A DNA stretch of 64,000 nt from Faecousia sp. (GCA_045595225.1 JAZOAD010000045.1:1733-65732), one strand, 5' to 3'. Shown: positions 1 to 10,011, counted from the first letter of the stretch. Translations and numbers: made by a program. Notes: generated from the sequence alone by a model not told the origin.

Positions 1-107
1 GCCGGTCAAGAATGAATATCCGCCGCTTGTGAACAGAATGTAAATAATTGTAAATGCTTGCTATTTTTTCTCTGACACGATATAATTGCCGAAAAGGAGG
101 GCTTTCT

Positions 108-785
108 ATGGCGTATACGATCTATCGGCAGCGGAAATGCTCCGTTAGGGGCGTGTTATTTGATATGGATGGCGTGGTGCTGGACACGGAGGGCTTGTAT
201 GCCCGGTTTTGGGCGGAAGCGGCCCATGCTTTGGGCTATCCTATGACCTATGAGCAGGCTTTGGGAATGCGAAGCCTCAGCGGCCCTATGGGCCAGGCCA
301 AGCTGGAAAGCTATTTTGGTCCCGGTGTTTCCCGGGCGGTGATCCGCGACAAGCGGGTGGAGCTGATGGATGCTTATGTGGCGGAACACGGCGTGGAGCC
401 CAAGCCCGGCATTTATGAACTGCTGGATTTTTTGCAGGAAAGGGAAATTCCGGCAGCCATTACCACGTCCTCGCCGAGAGAGCGGGTGGAACGGTATTTA
501 AAGCCCCTGGGCCTGCTTGACCGGTTCGACAAAATTTGCACCGGCTATGAAGTGAAGCAGGGAAAACCGGCGCCGGATATTTACATTTACGGCGCCCAAT
601 GCCTGGGGCTTCACCCGGAGGAATGTTTGGCCATTGAGGACTCCCCGGCTGGTGTGGAAAGCGCCTTCCGGGCAGGCTGTATGGCTGTTTTAGTACCGGA
701 TCTGGACGGTTCGGATGATGCTATGCGACAGATGCTGTTTGCCGAGGCGGACAGCCTTTTGGATGTTTCGGAAATGTTGTATTAG
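108..785 (+). CDS. HAD-superfamily hydrolase (beta-phosphoglucomutase/CbbY-like)
   Basis: Motifs FDMDGV, TSS, KPAPD and EDSPAG; AAGGAGG RBS before ATG 108. Confidence 0.85.
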   Translation: MAYTIYRQRKCSVRGVLFDMDGVVLDTEGLYARFWAEAAHALGYPMTYEQALGMRSLSGPMGQAKLESYFGPGVSRAVIRDKRVELMDAYVAEHGVEPKPGIYELLDFLQEREIPAAITTSSPRERVERYLKPLGLLDRFDKICTGYEVKQGKPAPDIYIYGAQCLGLHPEECLAIEDSPAGVESAFRAGCMAVLVPDLDGSDDAMRQMLFAEADSLLDVSEMLY

Positions 786-1002
786 GGGATATTTTTGGCA
801 ATAATGTCATGGGTTTCCATTGATAATCGGTAATTTAGCAAAGTTTTCTGTTTGTTTATCAAATGTTATCGGAATGTTCATTTCTGGCGGCTTGCGGCTG
901 TTGATTTTTCATTTTCTCCGTGATATACTCTCACCGCGTTCCGATTTCTGGCGTTCGAAAAGCCGGAACGGCATAGCAATTTCAAATAATGAGGTAAAAG
1001 TT

Positions 1003-1599
1003 ATGAAACGAATGATTTCGATGCTTTTGGTTTGCGTTGCGCTGTGCGGCTTTTTTGCAGGCTGCGGAAAAAAGCAAAACGAATCCACCCCGGCTACGGA
1101 GGGTTCTACCGCGCCATCTACTACCCAGGCACAGGGGCCTGCTTCCGCGCTGGAAGCGCTGGAAGCGGTTTGGAACCGATTCGCGGAGGAGGAGAAGTTT
1201 TGGATCGTTGGCGGTGATCACAGCAATCCTGTTGACAATGCGCCCGGTAAAGTAAACCTTTCTGCTGCCGACTACCTGACTTCTTCGCTGCTGGTTCCCG
1301 AAGCGCAGCTTTCCGCCATCAGCGAAGCGGCTTCCATGATGCACGCAATGAATGGTAACAATTTCACCTGCGGCGTCTATAAGGTTGCGGATGTGAACGG
1401 CTTTGCCACTGCCATGAAGGAGGCTATTTTGGGCAATCAATGGATATGCGGCATGCCGGAAATGCTGAAAATCACCGATCTTGGCGGCGGCTTTGTGCTG
1501 GTAGCCTTTGGCATCGGAGATGCCATGGATCCCTTCTTCGTAAAGCTGGCGCAGGCCCATCCCCAGGCGGTCACTTTGGTGGACGAGTCCATCGCGTAA
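1003..1599 (+). CDS. Lipoprotein, DUF4358-like, upstream of the MBOAT/DHHW genes
   Basis: Lipobox FAG-C after a hydrophobic stretch; Thr/Ser-rich linker; GAGG RBS; family inferred from context. Confidence 0.65.
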   Translation: MKRMISMLLVCVALCGFFAGCGKKQNESTPATEGSTAPSTTQAQGPASALEALEAVWNRFAEEEKFWIVGGDHSNPVDNAPGKVNLSAADYLTSSLLVPEAQLSAISEAASMMHAMNGNNFTCGVYKVADVNGFATAMKEAILGNQWICGMPEMLKITDLGGGFVLVAFGIGDAMDPFFVKLAQAHPQAVTLVDESIA

Positions 1600-1622
1600 G
1601 TAATTCAAGAATTGGCAATCGG

Positions 1623-1652
1623 AAGGCAGCGGTTTTTACTGCTGCCTTTTTT
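1623..1652 (+). terminator. Intrinsic terminator-like hairpin between lipoprotein and MBOAT genes
   Basis: AAGGCAGCGG/CTGCTGCCTT stem followed by a T-run. Confidence 0.55.
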
Positions 1653-1665
1653 AAAGGAGATATTT

Positions 1666-3051
1666 ATGCTGTTTTCCAGTATTCCTTTTTTGTTTTATTT
1701 TTTGCCGGCAGTGCTGATCCTGTATTTTTTGGCGCCAGGAAAGCTGAAAAATGGAGTTTTACTGCTGTCCAGCCTGATTTTCTATGGCTGGGGAGAGCCG
1801 AAATATCTGTTTCTGATGATCTTTACCATCGCCCTGTTTTATGGCTGCGGCTTAGCCATCGACAGGGCAAATGGAATTCCGTGGAAAAAGTTTTGGCTGA
1901 CCGTCAGTATTGTGTGCAGCGTTACGCTGCTGGGCATTTTTAAATACGCAGATTTCTTTATTGAGTCTTTCAATGGGGCAACAGGCTTGAGCCTGTCGCT
2001 GCTGAAGCTGGCGCTGCCTGTTGGAATCAGCTTCTACACCTTCCAGTGCCTAAGCTATACAATAGATGTATACTGGGGAAATGTGCCCGCGCAGCGGAAT
2101 CCGGTCAGCTTTGGTGCCTATGTGACCATGTTTCCCCAGCTGATCGCCGGTCCTATCGTTCGCTATATTGATGTGGACCGGGAACTGAAAGAACGGCAGC
2201 ATAGCTGGGACAATGTGGCCTTGGGTCTGCGTCGCTTCCTGGTGGGTCTTGCCAAAAAAGTGATCATTGCAGATAATTTCGCGCTGCTGATCAAGCTGTT
2301 TCGGGAGAGCGGAGAGCAAAGCGTGCTGTTTTATTGGATGTACGCAGTGGCTTTTATGCTGAATATCTATTTTGACTTTTCCGGATATTCTGATATGGCC
2401 ATCGGCCTTGGCCGTGTTTTCGGGTTCCACTTTATTGAAAATTTTGATTATCCCTATCTTTCAAAAAGCGTTACGGAGTTTTGGCGCCGCTGGCATATGA
2501 GCCTGGGCAGCTGGTTCCGGGACTATATTTATATTCCTCTGGGAGGAAACCGGGTGAATAAATGCCGCTGGGTGTTCAATATCCTTGTGGTTTGGATGCT
2601 GACCGGCTTGTGGCATGGCGCGGCCTGGAACTTTGTTTTGTGGGGACTCATGTTTGCGCTCCTGCTGCTTTTGGAAAAATGGGTACCGGCGCTGCAAAAG
2701 CTGCCTGTTATTTTCCGAAGCGGCTATGTGCTGCTGGCGGTGCTCATTAGCTTTGTACTGTTCAATGCTGAGAGTCTGCAGCAGGCCGGAAGCGACCTTG
2801 CTGGCATGTTCGGGTTTGGCGGTATACCGCTGGTCACAGAGCAGACACTTTATTATCTTGCCAGCTTTGGCGCGCTGTTTGTGATGGGCTTTATCGGCGC
2901 TACACCATTGGTCAAAAATCTGGCCAATCGCTTGAGCGGCCACCGCGTTGGCGCGATCTTAGAACCGTTGGTGTTGATTGTGCTGCTGTTGCTTTGTACG
3001 GCTTATCTGGTTGACGGCTCTTTTAGTCCGTTCCTATATTTCCGTTTTTAA
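1666..3051 (+). CDS. MBOAT family O-acyltransferase (AlgI/DltB/PatA-like)
   Basis: LPVGISFYTFQ, FPQLIAGPIVRY, YFDFSGYSDMAIG, FWRRWH, GLWHGA and C-terminal FLYFRF. Confidence 0.92.
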   Translation: MLFSSIPFLFYFLPAVLILYFLAPGKLKNGVLLLSSLIFYGWGEPKYLFLMIFTIALFYGCGLAIDRANGIPWKKFWLTVSIVCSVTLLGIFKYADFFIESFNGATGLSLSLLKLALPVGISFYTFQCLSYTIDVYWGNVPAQRNPVSFGAYVTMFPQLIAGPIVRYIDVDRELKERQHSWDNVALGLRRFLVGLAKKVIIADNFALLIKLFRESGEQSVLFYWMYAVAFMLNIYFDFSGYSDMAIGLGRVFGFHFIENFDYPYLSKSVTEFWRRWHMSLGSWFRDYIYIPLGGNRVNKCRWVFNILVVWMLTGLWHGAAWNFVLWGLMFALLLLLEKWVPALQKLPVIFRSGYVLLAVLISFVLFNAESLQQAGSDLAGMFGFGGIPLVTEQTLYYLASFGALFVMGFIGATPLVKNLANRLSGHRVGAILEPLVLIVLLLLCTAYLVDGSFSPFLYFRF

Positions 3052-3064
3052 GGAGGTCGATAAA

Positions 3065-4186
3065 ATGGAAATCAAAAAAATACGGGCCATTGGCGCCGGC
3101 GTTCTGGCAGCCCTGTGGCTCAGCCTGTCCGCATGGTGCTGGTTTGGCCCTTCCAAAGCATCCTCCCAGGCGGAGCGCCGCCCTCTGGCGCAAATGCCGG
3201 AGATTACTTTAGAGAGTTTATGGAATACGGAATTTATGCGGGACTTTGAAAGCTATACCCTGGATCAATTTCCTCTACGGGATCGCTTCCGCACGCTTAA
3301 GGCGCTGTTTCATAATTACGGTTTGCTGCAGAAGGATAATAACGGAATCTATATTGCCGACGGCTATGCCGCCAAGCTGGATTTTCCATTGAATCTCACG
3401 GCTGTCAGCGGCGCCACAAATCGCTTTCAGAGAGTGTATGATAAATACTTGAAGGAAAGTAATTGCCGTATTTTCCTGTCGGTTATCCCGGATAAAGGGT
3501 ATTACCTTGCGGAGCAATACGGTTATCCCACTATGGACTACGATGCCATGTTCTCCAAGGTGCAAGAGGATCTGCCCTGGGCGGAATATATTGACATTAC
3601 GGGTGTTCTGTCCGCCTCGGATTACTATTACACCGATACCCATTGGCGACAGGAAAATATCATTCCCGTGGCAAGCCAATTGGCGGAAGCTATGGGCGTA
3701 AAAACGCCTAAGACAGGGGATTTTACTGTAACAGCTTTGGCGCGTCCGTTCTATGGCGTGTACTATGGGCAGGCGGCGCTGCCAATGCCGTCGGAAACCA
3801 TGTATATTTTGGAAAATGAACTGTTGCGTAGTTGCATTGTTTCCGCCTTTGATACCATGGGCCGGCCCATAAATTTGAACATTTATAATGACGCGGATTT
3901 GGAAAGCGCGGATCTTTATGATATTTTCCTTTCCGGCGTGGAGGGGTATCTGACCATTGAAAACCCCCAGGCGGATACGGACAAGGAGCTGGTCATTTTC
4001 CGTGACTCCTTCGGAAGCAGCATTGCGCCGCTGCTGGTGCAGTCTTATGCGAAGATCACATTGGTGGATATTCGGTATATGAGTATGGATATGCTTCAGC
4101 GGCTTATGGAGTTTGACAGCCAGGATGTACTCTTTTTGTACAGTACGCTGGTCTTAAATAATCCCGACGCGTTTCAAACAGCATGA
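3065..4186 (+). CDS. DHHW-family (AlgJ/AlgX-like) acetyltransferase partner
   Basis: N-terminal TM, ERR.LA, DQFPLRD, TDTHW and RDSFG motifs; directly follows the MBOAT gene. Confidence 0.8.
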   Translation: MEIKKIRAIGAGVLAALWLSLSAWCWFGPSKASSQAERRPLAQMPEITLESLWNTEFMRDFESYTLDQFPLRDRFRTLKALFHNYGLLQKDNNGIYIADGYAAKLDFPLNLTAVSGATNRFQRVYDKYLKESNCRIFLSVIPDKGYYLAEQYGYPTMDYDAMFSKVQEDLPWAEYIDITGVLSASDYYYTDTHWRQENIIPVASQLAEAMGVKTPKTGDFTVTALARPFYGVYYGQAALPMPSETMYILENELLRSCIVSAFDTMGRPINLNIYNDADLESADLYDIFLSGVEGYLTIENPQADTDKELVIFRDSFGSSIAPLLVQSYAKITLVDIRYMSMDMLQRLMEFDSQDVLFLYSTLVLNNPDAFQTA

Positions 4187-4315
4187 TATGACACTCCCGC
4201 AGGGCTTATGGCGGCCATGCGGGGGCGCTTTTTTCCGCGCTGCGGAAGGAAAACTCTTGTGTTTTTCAAAAGAATAGGGTATGATGTATCAAAATGGGAG
4301 AAGAGGGGCGAAAAT

Positions 4316-5833
4316 ATGATCTGTAGTGTACATACCTTGGGAATCAACGGCATTCAGGGCAGCGAAGTGGTTGCCGAGTGCTATATTTCCAACGGATTGC
4401 CTAATTTTGATATTGTTGGCCTTCCGGATGCCGCTGTGAAGGAGGCCCGCGGCCGTGTGCGCGCCGCGGCGAAAATCTCCGGACTCAGTTTTCCCAACAG
4501 CCGCATTACGGTGAATTTGGCGCCTGCCAATTTGAAAAAGGCGGGTACTCACTATGATCTGCCGATATTGCTGAGTATTTTGGCGGCTGCCGGTTCCGTG
4601 CGCCGTCCCCGCAGCTCCAGCGCCTTCATTGGCGAGGTGAGCTTGGAGGGCACGCTGCGGCCTGTCAACGGCGTGCTGCCCATGGCTTTGGCTGCCAAGA
4701 AGGCAGGCGTCAAGGCGCTGTTTGTCCCCGCGGAAAACGCGGCGGAAGCGACGCTGGCCCGTGGCCCCGCGGTATATGGCATCCGGGATGTGACGCAGCT
4801 TGTAGCGGCGCTGAACGGCGAAATAATATTGACGGAAGAACCAATTTGGGTGCCGCAGCGGCAGGACGCCCACATTCCGGATTTCAAGGATGTGCTGGGT
4901 CAGGAGAATGTCAAGCGCGCCTTGGAAGTGGCGGCAGCAGGCTCCCATAATGTGCTTTTGATCGGCCCACCAGGATCCGGTAAAAGTATGCTTTCTAAGC
5001 GTCTTCCCGGCATTCTTCCGGATATGACCTGGGAGGAATCTCTGGCGGTCAGTCAGATCTATTCCGTGATGGGTATGCTGACAGCAAAAGAGCCACTAGT
5101 GACCCTGCGGCCTTTCCGCAATCCCCACCACACCATTTCCAATGCGGGTTTAGCCGGTGGCGGCAGTAATCCTAAGCCGGGTGAAATCTCTATGGCCCAC
5201 AAGGGGGTGCTGTTTTTGGATGAGCTGCCTGAATTCCGCAAGGATACCCTGGATATGATGCGCCAGCCGTTGGAGGATGGCCAGGTGACTATTTCCCGGG
5301 TCATTGGCGCGGTGACATACCCGGCAGAATTTATGCTGGTTTGCGCCATGAATCCCTGCAAATGCGGCTGGTACGGCGACCCATCCGGCAGATGTACCTG
5401 CTCGGAGCGTTCTGTGCAGGATTATTTGAGTAGAATTTCCGGGCCGCTGCTGGACAGAATCGACATTGTGGTGGAAGTTCCCGCGGTGAAATTCGACGAG
5501 CTTCGCGCCAGAGCGGAGGCAGAACCCTCCGCAAAGGTGAAGGAACGGGTGGATGCGGCGCGAGAGATCCAGCATCATCGCTTTGACGGCAACGGCGCCA
5601 TGTGCAACGCCCGGATGGGCCCGGAGGAAATGCGTAAATTCTGCGCGCTGGATGAAGCTTCCGCGGAACTGATGAAGCAGGCATTTGATGCCATGGGGCT
5701 GACCGCCAGAAGCTATGACCGTATTTTGAAGGTGGCCCGTACGGTTGCAGATTTGGACGGCAGCGAGCAGATTCAGCCCCAGCACATCGCCGAAGCCATT
5801 CAGTACCGGGCTGTGAATTTAGGAAACAAATGA
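4316..5833 (+). CDS. comM: YifB/ComM family Mg-chelatase-like AAA+ ATPase
   Basis: IVGLPDAAVKE, ITVNLAPA, GPPGSGKS, LFLDELPEF, MNPCKCG, ISGPLLDRID. Confidence 0.92.
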   Translation: MICSVHTLGINGIQGSEVVAECYISNGLPNFDIVGLPDAAVKEARGRVRAAAKISGLSFPNSRITVNLAPANLKKAGTHYDLPILLSILAAAGSVRRPRSSSAFIGEVSLEGTLRPVNGVLPMALAAKKAGVKALFVPAENAAEATLARGPAVYGIRDVTQLVAALNGEIILTEEPIWVPQRQDAHIPDFKDVLGQENVKRALEVAAAGSHNVLLIGPPGSGKSMLSKRLPGILPDMTWEESLAVSQIYSVMGMLTAKEPLVTLRPFRNPHHTISNAGLAGGGSNPKPGEISMAHKGVLFLDELPEFRKDTLDMMRQPLEDGQVTISRVIGAVTYPAEFMLVCAMNPCKCGWYGDPSGRCTCSERSVQDYLSRISGPLLDRIDIVVEVPAVKFDELRARAEAEPSAKVKERVDAAREIQHHRFDGNGAMCNARMGPEEMRKFCALDEASAELMKQAFDAMGLTARSYDRILKVARTVADLDGSEQIQPQHIAEAIQYRAVNLGNK

Positions 5834-5849
5834 TGATTGAGGTAAACGA

Positions 5850-7040
5850 ATGAAAGAAATCTTTTTGTTAAAGTTGGGCGAGATCGTTCTGAAGGGCGCC
5901 AATAAGCGCCAGTTTGAGGCCAGACTTCGCCAGAATGTCCGCCGCCGCATGAAGTTCTACGGCAATTTTGATGTATATTTGATGCAGTCTACGGTCTATG
6001 TAGAACCCATGGACGAAAGTTGCGATGTGGACGGCGCATGGGAAGCCTGCCGCAGTATTTTCGGCGTGGTTTCTCTTTGCCGCTGCCGCGCCTGCGACAA
6101 GAACTTGGACGCTATCTTTAACGCCATTGAGGAATACCTGGGCGATGATCTGGATTGCGCCAAAAGCTTCAAGGTGGAGTCTAAGCGGTCTGACAAGGCG
6201 TTCCCTCTGGGCTCTATTCAGATTTCCCAGGAAATTGGTGGTAGGCTGGCGGAAGCCCATCCTTCTGTTGCCGTAGATGTGCATCATCCCGACTATACGG
6301 TTTTTGTGGAGATCCGCGATTTAGCGGCCTATGTCCATGGCCCTGCTGAGCCCGGTGCCGGCGGCTTGCCCACCGGCGCGGCCGGCCGCGCCATGTGCCT
6401 TTTAAGCGGCGGCATCGATTCTCCCGTGGCGGCATACATGATGGGCAAGCGTGGCCTGGAGATCGAGTGTGTACACTTCTTCAGTTATCCCTACACCTCC
6501 CAGCTGGCGAAAGATAAGGTTGTGGAATTGGCTCGTTTGGTGACCAGATATACGGGGAAAATGACCCTGAATGTGGTGTCTTTCACGGAAATTCAGGAAG
6601 CCATCCGGGATAACTGCCCCGAAGAGTATTTTACGCTGATCATGCGCCGCTTTATGATGGAAATCTCCCAGCGGATTGCGCTGCACGATGGCTGCGGCGC
6701 GCTGATCACCGGCGAAAACCTGGGTCAGGTGGCCTCCCAGACCATGGAAGCTATGACCGTCACCGGCGCTGTGGTGGATATTCCCATCTTTATGCCGCTG
6801 ATCGGCTTCGATAAGGAAGAGATCGTCACCATCGCCCGGAAGATCGGCACCATGGAGACCTCCATTTTGCCTTACGAAGATTGCTGCACCGTCTTTACCC
6901 CCAAGCATCCCAAGACCAAGCCTACCTTGGCCCAGCTGGAGAATGCGGAACGGAAGCTGAACCGGGAAGAACTGATTGTTCGCGCCCTGGAAAGTATTGA
7001 GCGCATTAAGGTTGCTTATCATGACGAAGACGGCATTTGA
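5850..7040 (+). CDS. thiI: tRNA 4-thiouridine synthase
   Basis: GEIVLKG, THUMP region, LLSGGIDSPVA PP-loop, GENLGQVASQT, EDCC. Confidence 0.95.
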   Translation: MKEIFLLKLGEIVLKGANKRQFEARLRQNVRRRMKFYGNFDVYLMQSTVYVEPMDESCDVDGAWEACRSIFGVVSLCRCRACDKNLDAIFNAIEEYLGDDLDCAKSFKVESKRSDKAFPLGSIQISQEIGGRLAEAHPSVAVDVHHPDYTVFVEIRDLAAYVHGPAEPGAGGLPTGAAGRAMCLLSGGIDSPVAAYMMGKRGLEIECVHFFSYPYTSQLAKDKVVELARLVTRYTGKMTLNVVSFTEIQEAIRDNCPEEYFTLIMRRFMMEISQRIALHDGCGALITGENLGQVASQTMEAMTVTGAVVDIPIFMPLIGFDKEEIVTIARKIGTMETSILPYEDCCTVFTPKHPKTKPTLAQLENAERKLNREELIVRALESIERIKVAYHDEDGI

Positions 7041-7482
7041 GGTTATCGAAAAGCTGCAGGGCAAGACTCTGGTGACAGCGGAAAGTTTGACAGGTGGCGG
7101 TATTGGCGCGGCGCTGACAGCGGTGCCCGGAGCATCCAGGGTATATAAAGGCGGCGTCATCAGCTACACGGACCAGGTCAAAAGGGAAGCGCTGGGCGTT
7201 CCCGCGGCCTATTTGAAAACCTTTGGCGCGGTTTCCGCGCCGGTGGCTGAGGCCATGGCGGTGGGCGCCAGAGAATTTCTTTCCGCGGATGTGGCGGTGT
7301 CCGTAACAGGCCTGGCCGGCCCGGATGGGGACGCCTTTGGCAATCCCGTTGGGACGGTGTTCATCGGCTATGCGGATGAACACGGTGTCAGCGTGGAAGA
7401 GCATCACTTCTCTGGCGACCGGGAAGCGGTGCGAAATCAAACCGTCCAAGCTGCTTTGGCGCTTATTTTGCAAAATGTATAA
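7021..7482 (+). CDS. pncC: CinA C-terminal domain protein / NMN deamidase
   Basis: TAESLTGG, PGAS, GAVS and SVTGLAGP motifs. Confidence 0.85.
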   Translation: MTKTAFEVIEKLQGKTLVTAESLTGGGIGAALTAVPGASRVYKGGVISYTDQVKREALGVPAAYLKTFGAVSAPVAEAMAVGAREFLSADVAVSVTGLAGPDGDAFGNPVGTVFIGYADEHGVSVEEHHFSGDREAVRNQTVQAALALILQNV

Positions 7483-7485
7483 TGT

Positions 7486-7515
7486 TACGCCCTCCGGAAA
7501 ATTCCGAAGGGCGTA
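7486..7515. terminator. Hairpin between convergent genes
   Basis: TACGCCCTCCGGAA/TTCCGAAGGGCGTA inverted repeat. Confidence 0.6.
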
Positions 7516-7519
7516 TGTT

Positions 7520-8263
7520 TTATCCGTAAATGGTAAGCTCGTTTTCTTGAACCAGCGCTCCGTTGGCATCATACAGTCGAACTACAGCAGTGATGGATTG
7601 TAGAGATTCATTAATTCTTTCGCTGAAGACAAATCCACCGGTTTTGGAGGAAAGGTAATGCAACGCATGTAAACTGGAGTCATCATCGGCGCTTAAGCCA
7701 AATCGGAAAAATCCTTCCTCGGAGCGTTCCGCTTCGCCGACGAAGATCTCTGTGAAGATACGATCTTTTGCAGTGCCATTGTTGTAGGCTCCTACGACAG
7801 TAATTTCTACCTCTGCCCGGACACTATTCGGTTCATCCGTAAAAAGGTATACGGGAACATATCTCATTATTCCACTCAGAGCCCATGAACTTCCCCATAC
7901 ATTTGGCGCCGCGGCGATGGTTACATCGCCGGATTTTTCCACATAGGAAAACTGATATTGCTTTTCCGCAAAAGGATTGTCATAGGGAAATGCGTTATAA
8001 TACCTGCCAAAAAAACAGATGCCATATTCTGTTTCGCCTACGATCATTTTGTCAAAATCTATGTATTCCCCGTTTAGGGTGTCTACAATTTTGCTGGGGC
8101 CAACAAGATGGGCCTTCTCTGCCCGACGGAATTCCTGTCGAAAGCTGAGCGTTGGGCAGCCCAGGGCGATATAGTAGGTCAATGCCAACAGGACTACCAG
8201 GACCGTACAGACGCAGGCCTTCAAGGACCGAGGGATCCGACTGAGAAAGTTTTTCAATTTCAT
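7520..8263 (-). CDS. Hypothetical membrane-anchored protein (PadR operon)
   Basis: N-terminal TM; 4-nt overlap with the upstream gene. Confidence 0.7.
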   Translation of the reverse strand: MKLKNFLSRIPRSLKACVCTVLVVLLALTYYIALGCPTLSFRQEFRRAEKAHLVGPSKIVDTLNGEYIDFDKMIVGETEYGICFFGRYYNAFPYDNPFAEKQYQFSYVEKSGDVTIAAAPNVWGSSWALSGIMRYVPVYLFTDEPNSVRAEVEITVVGAYNNGTAKDRIFTEIFVGEAERSEEGFFRFGLSADDDSSLHALHYLSSKTGGFVFSERINESLQSITAVVRLYDANGALVQENELTIYG

Positions 8264-9087
8264 TTATTGCCACCCCCTGTTAAGTCAATTCGCATTGAAA
8301 AGTCGCGCCCATCGCGCTGGTAGCAGATCTCCACCCACTCGGCGTCTGCCGGGAAGTCATTGATCCAGCACATGTGGGTGTAAGTAAAGATGCCGGTTTG
8401 GGAACCGCCGGGAATGAATAATTTGTCATTCGGCGAAAAATCACTCATATAACTACAGTAAGTATTGCCCAGACTGTCTCTGGCAGTAAACCAGCCGGAG
8501 ATGGTAAAATAGTAGAAATATTCGTCATGTTCCGACCAGGGCATTGGATTGGTTTGCTCTATCAGAACATACAAATAAGTGCGGTCCCGTGCGTGGTCCG
8601 TGTAAACCACGGCGTCGGTCAGCGTGAATGTGCTGCCGTCGGTAGAGAAAGACAGTTCCGGTTGGGAAAAATGGTGCAAGGTGCGCCCGGTTTCACCGCC
8701 GTAGGATTGAACATTAAATACATCATAGTCCTGATATTTGGGCTCCTGCAGGTTCAATCCGCTGAAATACTGCCATATTGGCAGCACGCTTAGGCACAGC
8801 AGGACGATCAAGGCGATGCGGCTTGCGCGTAGAAGGTAACCCCAGAAGGGACGATGGATAGCAGCCAGTTTGGGCGCGATCTGGCTGGCGCTGCCCATGG
8901 CTTCGCATGCTTTGTCGGCGGCTTCTGTAGGGGTTAGACCTTTGGAAAGCTGATGCTCGTAGAGGTCCTCCATATGGGCATAAAGCTCCTTGGAAACCTT
9001 TTTCCGATCAGGACCGAATCGAATCAGGCAAGTGGCGGTATCGCACCACCGTTCCAATTTGATACGAAATAATCGCTCCATAGGCAC
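8260..9087 (-). CDS. Permease-prefix-domain-1-type membrane protein
   Basis: KELYAHMED...KGL...EA...A...MG..QIA N-terminal pattern followed by a TM; follows padR. Confidence 0.7.
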   Translation of the reverse strand: MPMERLFRIKLERWCDTATCLIRFGPDRKKVSKELYAHMEDLYEHQLSKGLTPTEAADKACEAMGSASQIAPKLAAIHRPFWGYLLRASRIALIVLLCLSVLPIWQYFSGLNLQEPKYQDYDVFNVQSYGGETGRTLHHFSQPELSFSTDGSTFTLTDAVVYTDHARDRTYLYVLIEQTNPMPWSEHDEYFYYFTISGWFTARDSLGNTYCSYMSDFSPNDKLFIPGGSQTGIFTYTHMCWINDFPADAEWVEICYQRDGRDFSMRIDLTGGGNK

Positions 9088-9090
9088 ACC

Positions 9091-9429
9091 TCACAGTGCA
9101 GGAGAGAAACCAATTACGGCGTTGACTTTTTCGGAAAACAGCCGCCACTCCTGTTCTTTGTAGGACAACTGATCCAGGCCATGATGGGTCAGGGAATAAT
9201 ACTTTCGTTCCCGGCCGGAGGGGGCAGTTTTGCTGTAGGATTTGATAAATCCTTCTTTTTCCAGGGCATGAAGCAGGGGATAGAGAGTGCCTTCCTTCAA
9301 AAGGAAGGTGTCGTCGGAGCGTTTGGCCAATTCCTCGATCATTTCGTAGCCGTACTTATCGCCGTCTTTCAGCAGCGACAGCACCAGCAGCGGCGTAGAG
9401 CCGGAAAGCAGGCTTTTTTCGATTTTCAT
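9091..9429 (-). CDS. PadR family transcriptional regulator
   Basis: YGYEM, EGTLYPLLHALEKEG, RKYYSLT. Confidence 0.93.
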   Translation of the reverse strand: MKIEKSLLSGSTPLLVLSLLKDGDKYGYEMIEELAKRSDDTFLLKEGTLYPLLHALEKEGFIKSYSKTAPSGRERKYYSLTHHGLDQLSYKEQEWRLFSEKVNAVIGFSPAL

Positions 9430-9443
9430 AATGATACCTCCTT

Positions 9444-9493
9444 ATACCTAGATAATCTATGCCTATTATACATAGATTATCTAGGTATGTCAA
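9444..9493 (-). promoter_or_regulatory. Consensus sigma-A promoter of padR overlapped by a perfect 18-bp inverted repeat (probable operator pair)
   Basis: Minus strand TTGACA (9493-9488), 17 nt, TATAAT (9470-9465); arms ATACCTAGATAATCTATG 9444-9461 and CATAGATTATCTAGGTAT 9471-9488. Confidence 0.8.
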
Positions 9494-9591
9494 GAGGTTT
9501 CTAACAATTTTATGAATTTGAGCGGGATGGCTTGCATTTTGGGCAGAATATGTGGTAGGATAGGCAAAACGAAATGATTCGGAGGCCCTTA

Positions 9592-10005
9592 ATGGTGGAT
9601 AAATTGAAACAGCTCATACAGAAGCATTGGGACATTCTTTCCTATCTCTTTTTTGGCGCGTTGACCACGGTGGTCAACTATATCGTCTATTTTCCCTGCT
9701 ATAACTGGCTTGGTCTTTCCGCCTCTGTCAGCAATGTGATCGCGTGGGTGGTTGCGGTTGCTTTTGCCTATGTGACTAACAAACCCTTTGTGTTTAAAAG
9801 TTATGACTGGTCGCTGAAGGTGGTAGGGCCGGAGCTTATCAAATTTGTAGGCTGCCGGGTTGGCTCCGGCGCGCTGGAAACGGCTATTATTTGGGTGTTT
9901 GCAGACGGCCTGGGCTGGAATGGCAATGTGATCAAGATCGTCACCAGCGTGTTGGTTGTGATTTTGAATTATGTAGGCAGTAAGCTGCTGGTATTCAAAA
10001 AATAA
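9592..10005 (+). CDS. GtrA family membrane protein
   Basis: YLFFGALTTVVNY, AYVTNK.FVF, LNYVGSKLLVF; four hydrophobic segments; GGAGG RBS. Confidence 0.88.
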   Translation: MVDKLKQLIQKHWDILSYLFFGALTTVVNYIVYFPCYNWLGLSASVSNVIAWVVAVAFAYVTNKPFVFKSYDWSLKVVGPELIKFVGCRVGSGALETAIIWVFADGLGWNGNVIKIVTSVLVVILNYVGSKLLVFKK

Positions 10006-10011
10006 GCGTGG

